Below, piece after piece: positions 29,358 to 39,932 of a stretch of DNA of 64,000 nt. Under the pieces are notes generated by a model, which searched no databases, was not told the origin of the DNA, and saw nothing but the letters and a program-made list of their open reading frames with translations. The stretch's first letter is position 1, and every line of letters begins with the position of its first letter. The translations under genes were made by a program, and so were the position numbers. Source of the DNA: an uncultured bacterium (GTDB lineage Bacteria; Zixibacteria; MSB-5A5; UBA10806). The DNA lies in assembly GCA_965541585.1 (NCBI GenBank), contig CBEUCH010000002.1, forward strand, positions 224,001 to 288,000. Reading direction: 5' to 3'.

Positions 29358-31787
29358 TTACAGGCTCCACCAGTAACTGGCTTTTACAAGGAAGACATTC
29401 TCCGAATTGCCAGAGAACAGCCGATCGAGATCGCGGGAGAAATCGAGATCATTGAGATTGTCATCACCCTCTGACATTGCCCTGGTCCATACAAGGTAGA
29501 GCGTGCTGCCCGGCATATATTCCCAGCGGATTATAAAGGTCGAATTCAGTGCGGCGTAGTTGAAATCGTGCTCATCGACATCATATGGCTCGTAATTTTC
29601 GCCGCTGATGTATCGCCGGTAATTTTGATAATTGATTCCGGATATATACCCCTGGCCCGATATCTGGCAGGACAGATCGCGGGTCAACATGACACTTGCA
29701 GTTAATCTCAACTCCAACTCATCCTGGTCCATATCGGCAAAGATTGAATTATCATCGACGTTTTCCACCCATATAGCCGTTCCAAAGGTTCTTATGTAAT
29801 TCGTACCTATGGAGAATTCCATGTTGCTTGCGGGACGATACTCCACGCCAATCCAGTTAGCCCACCAGGAGCCATAGCGACTTTGCCCGCTGCCAGGATT
29901 AAGATTGAAGGATATCTTTTTGCGTTCGTCCGTATTTAAAGACGCCCACCAGCCCCATGAGGACGGTCTCTTCCAGACACCGTTATCACGAGTCTCCCGA
30001 TCGTCGTACTCCGCCAGTTGCATGTTGAAGCCGCCGCCAAGCGTCCAGTTATTAAGGAACTCGAAGAAGCTATTTACATTCCAGCCCTTATTTATATTAT
30101 AGCCATCGAAATTCCAGTCGGCATAGGTATTGAAATTATTCCAGGTGTTGCGGAAAATCCACCAATCATCGTTGGTGCGGTACTGCACCCAGAACCAGCC
30201 GCCCCGTTCATCATTTCGGCTCAGAAAGCCGAGGCGGTTCAGATCGAGATGTTTGTCTTTTATATTCATTCCGATCGAGCCACGGATATGATCTCCGGCC
30301 TCCTTTTCAAATTCGCCGTCGAAACCATACCCGACATTTTCATCGTCCACGCGGCTGAAAACGGCCTGTCCGCTCATACCCCATTTACCGTTCTTGGTTA
30401 GCAAATTCCAGTCAACGCCGCCCGTTGTGACAGGATTTCTTTCATTCTGGGCGGCCAGTGTAACCATCCCGCCGAAATTCGAGTTTGAGAGAACATCCTG
30501 CTGCAAGCGGAATACAGAATAGTTGGCAGCTGGTTCGACCATTCCATCAAGGTCACCGCCGGAGAGATTAGCGTACTTTGCTTTCTCCTCCTGTGTGACT
30601 GTATTAAGAAAAGCAATTGAGGTACCGCTGCTCAGCTTGCCGGTCAACTTGGCGGCGCCCAGTATTGTTGTGGATTTGGGATAATGAGTGTAATAGTCAA
30701 AGTCCGGATCATAGTGGTCGTTGTCCTCGTTATCGATATCGCCACGAGGTGGTCGCCCGATTCGGCGCGAATAGAATAATCCGAAACGGGTATCGAAAAG
30801 ATTGGCGCCCTCGACGAAGAACGGTCTTTTTTCCTCGTAATAGGTCTCGTAAGTTGAAAGGTTCAACACCGGGCGGTCAAGCTCCACCTGGCCGAAATCG
30901 GGATTGATGGCGGCGTCCAGGATAAGATTCGATGACAAGCCATACTTAACATCGAACCCGGTATTTTTCATATAATCCCGACCGTCGGGATTGCCCTGGT
31001 CCTTTGGCTGGGTTTCCAACCCGGAGACGGCATAAGGTAGGATTTCCAGTTGCCGTGCCGGCTTGATGCCGGTAAGGCCGGTGAGATGTCCGAAACGGGA
31101 AACAAAGCCGCCCTCGGACGACGGAGAAAACGCCCACCAGGGCGATTCGACTCTCCGGCTGATATAACGAGTGACATTCATTCCCCACGTATGTTCATCT
31201 TTCTCCGTGAATCGCAGGCAGTGGTAAGGAATGCGAAGCTCGGCCGACCACCCCCACGGTTGAGACTTGACTGCAGATTCCCAGACACCGTCCCAGGAAT
31301 AATCCTGCCAGTCGTCATTATATAAACGGCAATCACGCTGGACACCGGCAGCGCTTACGTCAAACTTGTAACCGGTCTGATGGTCATGATAAGGATCTAA
31401 ACGGACCGTTACGACATCCGATTCGCCCCAGCGGTCGCGTCGGACAAGCTGCCGGTCGATTTTATCCGGTTCAGCGTCAAAACACCAGAATGCAAAATAT
31501 AAGGCTTCATCGTCATAGGCTATCGCCACCAGGGTCGATTCGGTGGCGGGCATTCCCTCGTCCGGTTCACGCTGTATAAAATCCCGGGCGAATTCAATCT
31601 GATCGCTTTTCCAGATCTTATCATCGAGACTTCCATCAATCGACGGTACCGCAGGGTTAATGCGAAGCGCCTTTATCTCCGGAACGATTCTTTCATCCGA
31701 TGGATTATCATCCGCAAACGCCAGGTTGCTGCAGAAAAATATCAATGACAAAATCGATAGCCATAATAATCGATATCTACATGTCAT
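29358..31787 (-). CDS. CBM9-like + DUF5916 outer-membrane/secreted protein
   Basis: IDGSLDD..W, FIQREP, GWSAELRIPY, INPDFGQVE, EKRPFFVEG, FYSRRIG, terminal KASYW. Confidence 0.85.
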   Translation of the reverse strand: MTCRYRLLWLSILSLIFFCSNLAFADDNPSDERIVPEIKALRINPAVPSIDGSLDDKIWKSDQIEFARDFIQREPDEGMPATESTLVAIAYDDEALYFAFWCFDAEPDKIDRQLVRRDRWGESDVVTVRLDPYHDHQTGYKFDVSAAGVQRDCRLYNDDWQDYSWDGVWESAVKSQPWGWSAELRIPYHCLRFTEKDEHTWGMNVTRYISRRVESPWWAFSPSSEGGFVSRFGHLTGLTGIKPARQLEILPYAVSGLETQPKDQGNPDGRDYMKNTGFDVKYGLSSNLILDAAINPDFGQVELDRPVLNLSTYETYYEEKRPFFVEGANLFDTRFGLFYSRRIGRPPRGDIDNEDNDHYDPDFDYYTHYPKSTTILGAAKLTGKLSSGTSIAFLNTVTQEEKAKYANLSGGDLDGMVEPAANYSVFRLQQDVLSNSNFGGMVTLAAQNERNPVTTGGVDWNLLTKNGKWGMSGQAVFSRVDDENVGYGFDGEFEKEAGDHIRGSIGMNIKDKHLDLNRLGFLSRNDERGGWFWVQYRTNDDWWIFRNTWNNFNTYADWNFDGYNINKGWNVNSFFEFLNNWTLGGGFNMQLAEYDDRETRDNGVWKRPSSWGWWASLNTDERKKISFNLNPGSGQSRYGSWWANWIGVEYRPASNMEFSIGTNYIRTFGTAIWVENVDDNSIFADMDQDELELRLTASVMLTRDLSCQISGQGYISGINYQNYRRYISGENYEPYDVDEHDFNYAALNSTFIIRWEYMPGSTLYLVWTRAMSEGDDNLNDLDFSRDLDRLFSGNSENVFLVKASYWWSL

Positions 31788-32099
31788 TTTGATCTCTCCC
31801 TCGCTGAAAGTTGACCGCCAACCATTTACTACACGTTATTTACGCAAATCGAAGCTGAAAGTTGCGTTTTTGGCAGCGAGCTTATGCATTGCCGGGGCGT
31901 TGCAAATGAATTGCGGGAAGGCCGATTGCGGCTGGCAGATCGGCAATATACGAGGTGGCAATGCTTGCTCGTCCGGCTTATATCGGCGCCCCCTCCGGTT
32001 CCAGCAATACATCAACCACAATACTGGAGCCAGCTAAGGAAAGGCAGATTACCCCTCCTATCCACAATTCGCCTCACCCCTGGAAGGCCTCAGGCCCCA

Positions 32100-32276
32100 T
32101 CATTTGAGGATAAATCCTCCATACGCCAGGAAATTACTGCCCGTAGTCGTGAGGATAAAGCTCCGTATATCCATATCTGTGCTCGGCGGTTTCATGTCGG
32201 TGCAAATCTTCACATTCCCGACTACGAAGCACTCGTCAGCGAAGGCTGAGTTGCCTGCAGCCGCTATTTTTAGCAT
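32100..32276 (-). CDS. Small hypothetical protein, 58 aa (MLKIAAAGNSAFADECFVVGNVKICTDMKPPSTDMDIRSFILTTTGSNFLAYGGFILK)
   Basis: Very strong SD AAAGGAGGTGA just before ATG; TATACT upstream. Below the ORF-track cutoff. Confidence 0.45.
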   Translation of the reverse strand: MLKIAAAGNSAFADECFVVGNVKICTDMKPPSTDMDIRSFILTTTGSNFLAYGGFILK

Positions 32277-32824
32277 CTGTACTCACCTCCTTTCATCAGG
32301 CCGCTCTACGGCCATTCTGCATATTAGTATATGCACATATATCTATATTTTTTTCACGAAAACGCACATTTTCTGAATTTTTTGCCAAGGGCTTCTATGA
32401 TTCGCTGTTTAACATTAGCTTGAGATTGCGGGGAAGTACCTCATACCTCTATATGGTTTGTCAAAATCGCACTATGCGGGCCGATTGCTCGAGGATTCAA
32501 AACGGGTGAGAGGCCTCCATGATCGGTGGTATCGGGATCTCTAATTCAAAATAGATAAAACTTTGTTGAAAATGGGAACCATTTTCATAAATGTCATGTT
32601 TCAACTTCCATGCGGCATCTATCATCGTCAGGCGGATACACCCTGAGAGCTTGTATCCAGAATCAGACGAAGGGAGAACGCCAGTGAAAAGCCAGATCGC
32701 TTTCCAGGCAGGGCACTTCCTTCGCAGGTTTCACGCGTTGAATGATTCAATCATAATTTTCAGGCTAGCGGAAAACTCTTTTTGAGGAATTCCTAACAGA
32801 TCAACTTAAAATCTTGGAGGAACT

Positions 32825-33109
32825 ATGCCATTCGTAAGGGTCCAACACAGGGTTCAGGATTATGATACCTGGAAAGAGGTGTTTGACGGTTTTCACGCAA
32901 CCCGTAAATCGGGGGGCGAAAAATCGTTCCAGATCTTGCACACGGAAGACGATCCCAACAACTTGAGCTTGATGTTCGAGTGGGACAACGCCGAAAACGC
33001 TCACTCCTTTATGACATCGTCAAAATTGAAAAATACGATGAAGGAGGCCGGCGTATTGGAGCATCCGCGGATCGATTTTCTAAATGAGATCGACAAGGGA
33101 AAGCTGTAA
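32825..33109 (+). CDS. Dimeric alpha-beta barrel (cyclase/ABM-like) small protein
   Basis: GGAGG RBS; HRVQDYDTWK.VFD...DDPN...FEWD...MKEAGV pattern. Confidence 0.75.
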   Translation: MPFVRVQHRVQDYDTWKEVFDGFHATRKSGGEKSFQILHTEDDPNNLSLMFEWDNAENAHSFMTSSKLKNTMKEAGVLEHPRIDFLNEIDKGKL

Positions 33110-33228
33110 ACGGCCAGCAGAAAAAGGACTAAGGTCTCCGGTTTGTCGAGTAAGGTGCGAAAGGCAACCTGAGAACGATCAATCTGCATGAAGCAAGATT
33201 GATTACAGAACAGTAATGAAAGGAGAAC

Positions 33229-33987
33229 GTGACCATGCAAAAGATTAAAAGTCCGATCGCCACGATGCTTACCGGGTTGCTGATTACTCTTTCGGCGATG
33301 TCGACTTCATTTGCTCAACTGCCCGACCCGGGTATGTCTATCGATCCTGAGCGAACCGCCCTGGTGATAACCGATCCTCAGAACGACTTCCTCAGTCCGA
33401 ATGGGGTCACATGGGGTGTCGTGGGCAAGAGCGTAACTGAAAACAACACCGTTGCCAACATCGAGCGGCTGCTTAGAGCGGCTAAGCAATCCGACATTCC
33501 GGTCTTCGTCTCGCCGCACTACTATTATCCCACGGATCACGGCTGGAAGTTCGAAGGCGCCCTGGAAGTGTTGATGCATAATTTAGGGATGTTTGACCGC
33601 AAAGGGCCGCTTACCCTTGAAGGATTTGAAAACTCCGGAGCCGATTGGCTCGCCCGCTACAAGAAGTATATTGAGGATGGTCGGACGGTTGTAGTCAGTC
33701 CCCACAAGGTCTATGGTCCGGAGACTAACGACCTCAGGCTCCAGCTGCGCAAACGTGGAATTGACAAAGTCATTCTCGCCGGGATGTCCGCAAACCTGTG
33801 CGTTGAATCTCACCTCCGCGAACTGCTCGAGCAGGGCTTCGAGGTTGCAGTCGTCAATGATGCTACTGCCGCAGCCATAGTGCCGGAAGGAGATGGATAC
33901 AAAGCCGCGCTGGTTAACTTCCGTTTTCTGGCAAATGACGTCTGGACCACCGATGAGGCGTTACAGAAAATAAAGACGTCTAATTAG
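33229..33987 (+). CDS. Isochorismatase-like cysteine hydrolase with signal peptide
   Basis: TALVITDPQNDF, K in SPHK, AGMSANLCVESH, DAT. Confidence 0.88.
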   Translation: MTMQKIKSPIATMLTGLLITLSAMSTSFAQLPDPGMSIDPERTALVITDPQNDFLSPNGVTWGVVGKSVTENNTVANIERLLRAAKQSDIPVFVSPHYYYPTDHGWKFEGALEVLMHNLGMFDRKGPLTLEGFENSGADWLARYKKYIEDGRTVVVSPHKVYGPETNDLRLQLRKRGIDKVILAGMSANLCVESHLRELLEQGFEVAVVNDATAAAIVPEGDGYKAALVNFRFLANDVWTTDEALQKIKTSN

Positions 33988-34009
33988 GAGTTGCGATCGT
34001 TGCGATATC

Positions 34010-34038
34010 GAAACGAGCTCCTGACGGGGGCTCGTTTC
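34010..34038 (+). terminator. Hairpin/terminator after the isochorismatase
   Basis: GAAACGAGCTCC-tgacg-GGGGCTCGTTTC. Confidence 0.55.
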
Positions 34039-34111
34039 TCTCACAGGTAGTTGTTTTTGCAGAGGCTCAGGCTCTCTGCGGGCAAAAATTCAGAAAAGAA
34101 AGGAATTAAAG

Positions 34112-34507
34112 ATGAACAGGCAACAAGTTTACGACGACATAAAAGAGATGTTCGGGGTGGTTCCCGGCTTTCTTAAGGCGATTCCCGATTCATCCCTGGA
34201 AATGGAATGGAATCTATTTAAGCGCGTGCAATTCGATGAGGGGCCGATTCCCAATAAGTATCGTGAGTTGATGGGCCTTGCCATCGCGGCCGTCACCAAG
34301 TGCCGCTATTGTGCCTTCTTCCATACCGAGACGGCCAGAATCAACGGCGCCACCGATGCTGAGATCGAAGACGCAGTGCACTTTGCAAAATCCAGCGCGG
34401 GATGGAGCGCGTACATTAACGGCTTGCAGACAGAATTCGAGCAATTCAAGGACGAGGTTCTTCAAATTTGTGAACACGTCCGGTCATTGCAGGCTGTAGA
34501 GGCATAA
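34112..34507 (+). CDS. Carboxymuconolactone decarboxylase/AhpD-family protein
   Basis: FGVVP, KYRELMGLAIA..TKCRYC..FH, GATDAEI. Confidence 0.88.
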   Translation: MNRQQVYDDIKEMFGVVPGFLKAIPDSSLEMEWNLFKRVQFDEGPIPNKYRELMGLAIAAVTKCRYCAFFHTETARINGATDAEIEDAVHFAKSSAGWSAYINGLQTEFEQFKDEVLQICEHVRSLQAVEA

Positions 34508-34732
34508 CCAGACATTGGCGAGGCTTGCGGGAACGAAAGATCTTCTCACAAGCCTCGGCGATTTTATCCGTCTCCATGCTACCAACGATCAGCGCGAACT
34601 GCGCAAGCCATACCACGGAGTGGCCATCAGGGTCTACCATTCCATCCGGGGTTTGCGAATCCATCTGTAATTCCCCTATGGCTTTGGTAGCCAGGGAGTT
34701 GTAAACGCGGCTATGACTGACGGGAGGATTTC

Positions 34733-35071
34733 ATGAAACTTTTCGACCGCCAAGAAAACGGCGCTACTGTACTTGAACTTAAGGGGAACATTAAGGGAGG
34801 CAAGGACGGAACCATTTTCTATGATAAGCTACAAGATCTAATTAAACAGAACAGGAAAAAGGTTGTGCTCGATCTTTCGAAAGTCAACTGGATAAATTCC
34901 AGAGGCCTCGGCATCCTGATTGCCGGGCTGAAAATCATGCACCAGAACGACGGAGAGCTTAAACTGGCTGCGGTCGCGGAAAAGGTGAGATCCCTGATGG
35001 TATTGACAAAGCTGATAACAGTTTTTGAAGATTACAATACCGTCGAAGAGGCCATTGGAGCCTTCGAATAA
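34733..35071 (+). CDS. STAS-domain anti-sigma factor antagonist
   Basis: VVLDLSKVNWINSRGLGILI, GELKLA, TKLITVF, VEEAI. Confidence 0.88.
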   Translation: MKLFDRQENGATVLELKGNIKGGKDGTIFYDKLQDLIKQNRKKVVLDLSKVNWINSRGLGILIAGLKIMHQNDGELKLAAVAEKVRSLMVLTKLITVFEDYNTVEEAIGAFE

Positions 35072-35401
35072 CCGCCTTTTTGTCCTCTCCGGTTTTCGCG
35101 CCATTTTTTTATTCCAGCCGGCCTGAGAATCCTCAAACAATGCCGCAAGCTATAATAATAAACAGATTGAAAAATAGATCCCTCGGGAAACTATATGTTA
35201 AGGAAGGACGTTTTAATCCAACGAATGAATCGGAAAACCATTAAGCTCGATACGGATGATATTAATCCCGGAGCGAATGATCCGTCAAAATAGCAGACAT
35301 GTCTAAATGAAGTTGCAGACATATGAAAATTAATCTATATTTCATGCTCCATGGAGAAGGTAAGAATAGATGGCTTACCATGAAACCGCATTTGGGATGA
35401 C

Positions 35402-36256
35402 ATGAAAATTCTAAGTTTGATTCAGTTAACGAAGCCGTCAATAATGCTGCTGATCCTGGCAGCAGGCCTGACCGCTCTTTTTATGGAAGGAAGTATGATT
35501 TCGAATCCCGGTCGGGTTTTGGTCTTTTTGTCCGGCCTGTTCTTGACCGGCGGCTGCGCAAACGCTTTAAACCAGTATCTTGAACGAGACATCGATTCAT
35601 TAATGCTGCGAACTTCCGGCCGACGACCGCTACCGCTTGGAAGAATATCCAATCATCAAGCGCTCTTTTTTGCAGTGGCCATCGGGATAAGCGGGATATT
35701 CATCCTGGGCGCAGTCTTTAACCTGTTAACAGCCTTATTGTCTCTGGGGACAATAATCTTCTATAGTTTCGTCTACACGTTATTATTAAAGCCGAATTCA
35801 CGGCATAGCACAGTAATAGGCGGTGTTGCCGGCGCCATGGCGCCGGTGGGAGCCTGGACCGCAGCCACCGGCTCGATTGCGCTGACGCCGTGGATTCTGT
35901 TTTTGATTATTTTTTTCTGGACTCCGCCGCACTTCTGGTCGCTCGCTATCTGCTTTAAGGACGATTATAAGAGAGCCGGTTTGCCGATGTTGCCGGTTGT
36001 CAGAGGAGATGACGCGACCTTACGCCAGGTATTCTATTATACCCTGGTACTGGTGGCAATTAGCTTCACCCCACTGCTGGTGAATTTCGGGTGGATATAT
36101 CTTACAACGGCTATTATTCTCGGAACGACCTTTATATGGAAATCGTTTCAAGCCAGGAAGAATGGAGACCGAGAATCCGCCCGGGGTCTATTCAGGTTTT
36201 CGATTTTCTATTTGCTCTCCTTATTTCTGGCATTGATAAGCGAAACATTGATCTGA
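35402..36256 (+). CDS. ctaB: Heme O synthase (protoheme IX farnesyltransferase)
   Basis: LTKP, ERDIDSLM.RT..RPLP, YT..LK, GG.AGA, FWTPPHFW, DDY..AGLPMLP. Confidence 0.95.
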   Translation: MKILSLIQLTKPSIMLLILAAGLTALFMEGSMISNPGRVLVFLSGLFLTGGCANALNQYLERDIDSLMLRTSGRRPLPLGRISNHQALFFAVAIGISGIFILGAVFNLLTALLSLGTIIFYSFVYTLLLKPNSRHSTVIGGVAGAMAPVGAWTAATGSIALTPWILFLIIFFWTPPHFWSLAICFKDDYKRAGLPMLPVVRGDDATLRQVFYYTLVLVAISFTPLLVNFGWIYLTTAIILGTTFIWKSFQARKNGDRESARGLFRFSIFYLLSLFLALISETLI

Positions 36257-36281
36257 TCAGGGGCCGATAAAGGAAATACTG

Positions 36282-36929
36282 TTGGGACAGCTATTCCCGA
36301 AATGGACTAATAAGCTACCTGTCTATCTGGTCGCGGGTATAATATTCGTTCTGATAGCGGCGACTGCACTTACATGGTATTATTTTTCGCCATGGTATAC
36401 CGATGTTGGTTATCGTCCCGCGCAGCCAGTTGCGTTCAGTCATAAGCTGCATGCTGATGATCTGGGTCTGGACTGCCGGTATTGCCATAATTTTGTCGAA
36501 TTCTCGGTGCACGCAAATATCCCGCCGACCCAGACCTGTATGAATTGTCACAAACTTATATTGCCCGACAGCGAAAAACTCTTAGCAATCAGGGAGAGCT
36601 GGAGCAAAAAATTGCCGGTGAAGTGGGTGCGCGTTCATAAATTGCCGGATTTCGCTTATTTCAATCATAGCGCACATCTGAATGCGGGCGTAGGTTGCGC
36701 AAGCTGCCATGGCAATGTAGCGCAGATGGAGGTCGTCACGCAAAACCGGCCTCTAAGCATGTCGTGGTGTCTGGACTGTCATCGCGACCCGAGAATGCAT
36801 CTGCGACAACGCTCGGAACTGACTGATATGAACTGGCTGCCACCTGCAGATCAACTCGTTTTTGCGGAAAAAGTGATGTTTGAGAAAAAAATAAATCCAA
36901 CGGTTGATTGCTCGGGATGCCATCGATGA
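36282..36929 (+). CDS. actA: Alternative complex III pentaheme cytochrome c
   Basis: N-terminal TM; GY.P.QPV.FSHKLH; five CxxCH (CRYCH, CMNCH, CASCH, CLDCH, CSGCH). Confidence 0.93.
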   Translation: MGQLFPKWTNKLPVYLVAGIIFVLIAATALTWYYFSPWYTDVGYRPAQPVAFSHKLHADDLGLDCRYCHNFVEFSVHANIPPTQTCMNCHKLILPDSEKLLAIRESWSKKLPVKWVRVHKLPDFAYFNHSAHLNAGVGCASCHGNVAQMEVVTQNRPLSMSWCLDCHRDPRMHLRQRSELTDMNWLPPADQLVFAEKVMFEKKINPTVDCSGCHR

Positions 36930-39904
36930 GCAAGGACATAAATTTGAACGGCAAAGAGTACTGGTTGAGTCTGGACCAGGCCAGAGGCCCGGAGGAATAC
37001 AAGAGATATCTCCTCGAGCGATATCACGATGGCAATCATAAGACGCCGGATCATTTGAGTCGCCGTAACTTCTTAACCCTGATGGGCGCCTCTATAGCGC
37101 TGGCCTCGTTGTCGGGCTGCCGTCGCCCGGTTGAGAAAATAATTCCTTATGTGAATCAACCGGAGGGGGTGATCCCCGGTGTCGCCCAACATTATGCCAC
37201 CTCCATGCCGTCCGGCAATTCGGCCTATGGTCTAATTATCGAAAACCATGAAGGCAGACCGACAAAGATCGAGGGCAATCCTCTGCATCCATCGACTCTG
37301 GGCGCATCGAATGCTATGATCCAGGCGTCAATACTCGGTCTATACGATCCTGATCGATCAAAAGCGGTTAAACATAAGGGCGCTGACAGCAACTACGATG
37401 AATTCGTCAGTTTCTGGCGCGAAAAGATTGACGGCGTCAAGACCAATAAAGGTGACGGGCTCGTGATTCTGTCGGAGCCTTTCAGCTCCCCGACACTGGC
37501 CCGCTATAAAAGAGATATTATGAAAACATTTCCCGAGGCTGAATGGATAACCTGGGAACCGATCGGCGAAGAGAATATTTACAATGCGGTTAAAAACCTC
37601 TCCGGCAAATCGCTAAGGCCGGTATATCATTTTGACAGGGCTCGCGTAATACTGGCGCTCGACTCTGATTTCCTTAACGCCGAGGGCGAAAACATAAGAG
37701 CCGCGAGAGGATTCGCCGACGGCCGACGTCTGGACAATTCCAATAACAGTATGAACCGGCTTTATGCGGTTGAGAACGCATTCTCGATTACAGGCGGGAT
37801 GGCCGATCACCGCCTGCGGGTGCGAAGCGGCGATATCGGAGGATTTGTAATCTCTCTGGCACAAACGCTTAAACAACTCGGTTTAAGGTTGGGTGATATC
37901 TCTGGTCAAAACAACCACAACTTCGATGAAAAGTGGCTGGAGGCTCTGGCAAGAGATTTGATTCAATCCAGAGGCAAGAGCCTGTTGGCGGCAGGTAATC
38001 GTCAACCGGCGTGGGTTCACGAACTTGTGCTCTTATTAAACGATGCCCTGGGCAATTTCGGTCAGACAATAGACTTCGTGAAATTAGAGGATTTGTCTGT
38101 ACCGGATAGTGATGACTTGCGGAATCTCGTGGATCAGATGTCAAACGGCGAAATCAATACCCTGGTCATCCTTGGAGGCAATCCGGTTTACGACGCTTTC
38201 GAGGACTTGAATTTCAAAGATGCGCTACAGCATGTCGATCATACGGTTCATTTCAGCGAATATCCGGATGAAACATCGCGCCATGTCGAATGGCACATTC
38301 CAAGGGCGCACTTTCTTGAAAGCTGGGGGGATGTTCGCTCTGCTGACGGTACCATCGGTGTAGTTCAGCCGATGATCGAACCGTTGTTCGATGGACATTC
38401 CGATAGCGAGTTTTATGCGCTTCTCTCGACGGGCAGAGATAGACGGGGTTATGATATAGTCCGCGAGACATGGAAGAAGCTAATTAACGGCGGTGATTTT
38501 GAGAAGGAGTGGCGACGGGTTCTACACGATGGTTTACTCGAAGGTAGTTCTTCATCAAATTTAAAAATCAAATTGAAAAAAAACGTCAGAGATATAGTGA
38601 AAACTGCGGGCATAGGAAACGAGACAGCCTCGACTGATAATCTCGAGATAAACTTCTACCCATCGCAGCTGTATGATGGCCGCTATGCCAATAACGGCTG
38701 GCTTCAAGAGTTGCCCGACCCGGTCAGTAAGATCTCCTGGGATAACGCTGCCATGATCAGCCCTGAAACCGCTGATGAACTCAGGCTTGAAAACGGCGAC
38801 GTCGTTCGGGTCGAATATGATGGCCGTATTCTGGAGATGCCGGTTTGGATCTCTCCGGGCCAGGCTGCTTATACAATCGGTCTGGCGTTAGGCTATGGAC
38901 GTGAGCAGGCGGGACAGGTGGCCAGGGGCGTTGGTTTCAATACATACAGATTGAGAACAACAAAAATATGTCATTTCGGCAATGGCGCCAAATTGACCGG
39001 GACGGACAAGACCTACGAACTGGCCAATACGCAGGACCATAACAGCATGGAGGGCAGGCCGATTATCCGCGAAGCCACTCTTGAGGAATACCTGGTGAAT
39101 CCGGAATTCGCGGCGGAGATGGTAGAGCATCCGCCGCTAAAATCTATATACGGGGACCATGATTACAGCCATGGCTATCAATGGGGCATGGTGATCGATT
39201 TGAATACCTGTATCGGCTGTAATGCCTGTACGATCGCCTGCCAGAGCGAGAATAATATTCCCATAGTCGGCAAGGAACAGGTGGTAAAAGGCCGGGAGAT
39301 GCATTGGATTCGCAACGACCGTTACTACACCGGCGATGCTGTTGAGCCGGAAATGGTTCATATGCCGGTAGCCTGTCAGCATTGCGAGAATGCCCCCTGT
39401 GAGTCCGTTTGCCCGGTGGCGGCAACGCTCCACGATAAAGAGGGCATAAACGTGATGACCTATAACCGATGCATAGGCACGCGCTACTGCTCCAATAACT
39501 GCCCGTACAAGGTCCGGCGGTTCAATTTCTTCAACTATACTAAGGACAAGAACGAGGTTGAGAAAATGAGCCAGAACCCGGATGTAACAGTTAGATCGCG
39601 CGGGGTCATGGAGAAATGCTCGTTCTGTATACAGCGGATCAACAGGGCAAAAATAAAAGCCAAAGGCGAGGGCCGCACGGTCGCCGACGGTGAGATCATA
39701 GCCGCCTGCCAGCAGGCCTGCCCGACTCAGGCTATCCAGTTCGGTAATATAAACGATCCCGAAAGCAAAGTATCAAAGCAGAAACGAATAAATCGAAATT
39801 ATGAGCTTCTGGCAGAATTGAATATCCGCCCCAGAAATTCATACCTCGCAAAGATCAGAAATCCGAATCCCGAATTAACAAAATATAAATCCCGAGAAAG
39901 TTGA
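36926..39904 (+). CDS. actB: Alternative complex III subunit B (molybdopterin-oxidoreductase-like + Fe-S domain)
   Basis: YW.SL, Tat SRRNFL with lipobox [17 protein letters not shown]-terminal [36 protein letters not shown]. Start 36926 (ATGA overlap). Confidence 0.93.
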   Translation: MSKDINLNGKEYWLSLDQARGPEEYKRYLLERYHDGNHKTPDHLSRRNFLTLMGASIALASLSGCRRPVEKIIPYVNQPEGVIPGVAQHYATSMPSGNSAYGLIIENHEGRPTKIEGNPLHPSTLGASNAMIQASILGLYDPDRSKAVKHKGADSNYDEFVSFWREKIDGVKTNKGDGLVILSEPFSSPTLARYKRDIMKTFPEAEWITWEPIGEENIYNAVKNLSGKSLRPVYHFDRARVILALDSDFLNAEGENIRAARGFADGRRLDNSNNSMNRLYAVENAFSITGGMADHRLRVRSGDIGGFVISLAQTLKQLGLRLGDISGQNNHNFDEKWLEALARDLIQSRGKSLLAAGNRQPAWVHELVLLLNDALGNFGQTIDFVKLEDLSVPDSDDLRNLVDQMSNGEINTLVILGGNPVYDAFEDLNFKDALQHVDHTVHFSEYPDETSRHVEWHIPRAHFLESWGDVRSADGTIGVVQPMIEPLFDGHSDSEFYALLSTGRDRRGYDIVRETWKKLINGGDFEKEWRRVLHDGLLEGSSSSNLKIKLKKNVRDIVKTAGIGNETASTDNLEINFYPSQLYDGRYANNGWLQELPDPVSKISWDNAAMISPETADELRLENGDVVRVEYDGRILEMPVWISPGQAAYTIGLALGYGREQAGQVARGVGFNTYRLRTTKICHFGNGAKLTGTDKTYELANTQDHNSMEGRPIIREATLEEYLVNPEFAAEMVEHPPLKSIYGDHDYSHGYQWGMVIDLNTCIGCNACTIACQSENNIPIVGKEQVVKGREMHWIRNDRYYTGDAVEPEMVHMPVACQHCENAPCESVCPVAATLHDKEGINVMTYNRCIGTRYCSNNCPYKVRRFNFFNYTKDKNEVEKMSQNPDVTVRSRGVMEKCSFCIQRINRAKIKAKGEGRTVADGEIIAACQQACPTQAIQFGNINDPESKVSKQKRINRNYELLAELNIRPRNSYLAKIRNPNPELTKYKSRES

Positions 39905-39932
39905 ATGGTTATCAGGCGTTGGTTGCCAGAAT

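Noticed and set aside
32651..32750. SAM-I- or TPP-like riboswitch (ATCCAGA..GAAGGGA..TGA; CTGAGA just upstream)
   Set aside because: Lacks GCAAC/GGTGC and a pairing P2 (SAM-I) and ACCTGAT (TPP). An Rfam/Infernal search would be needed to revive it.
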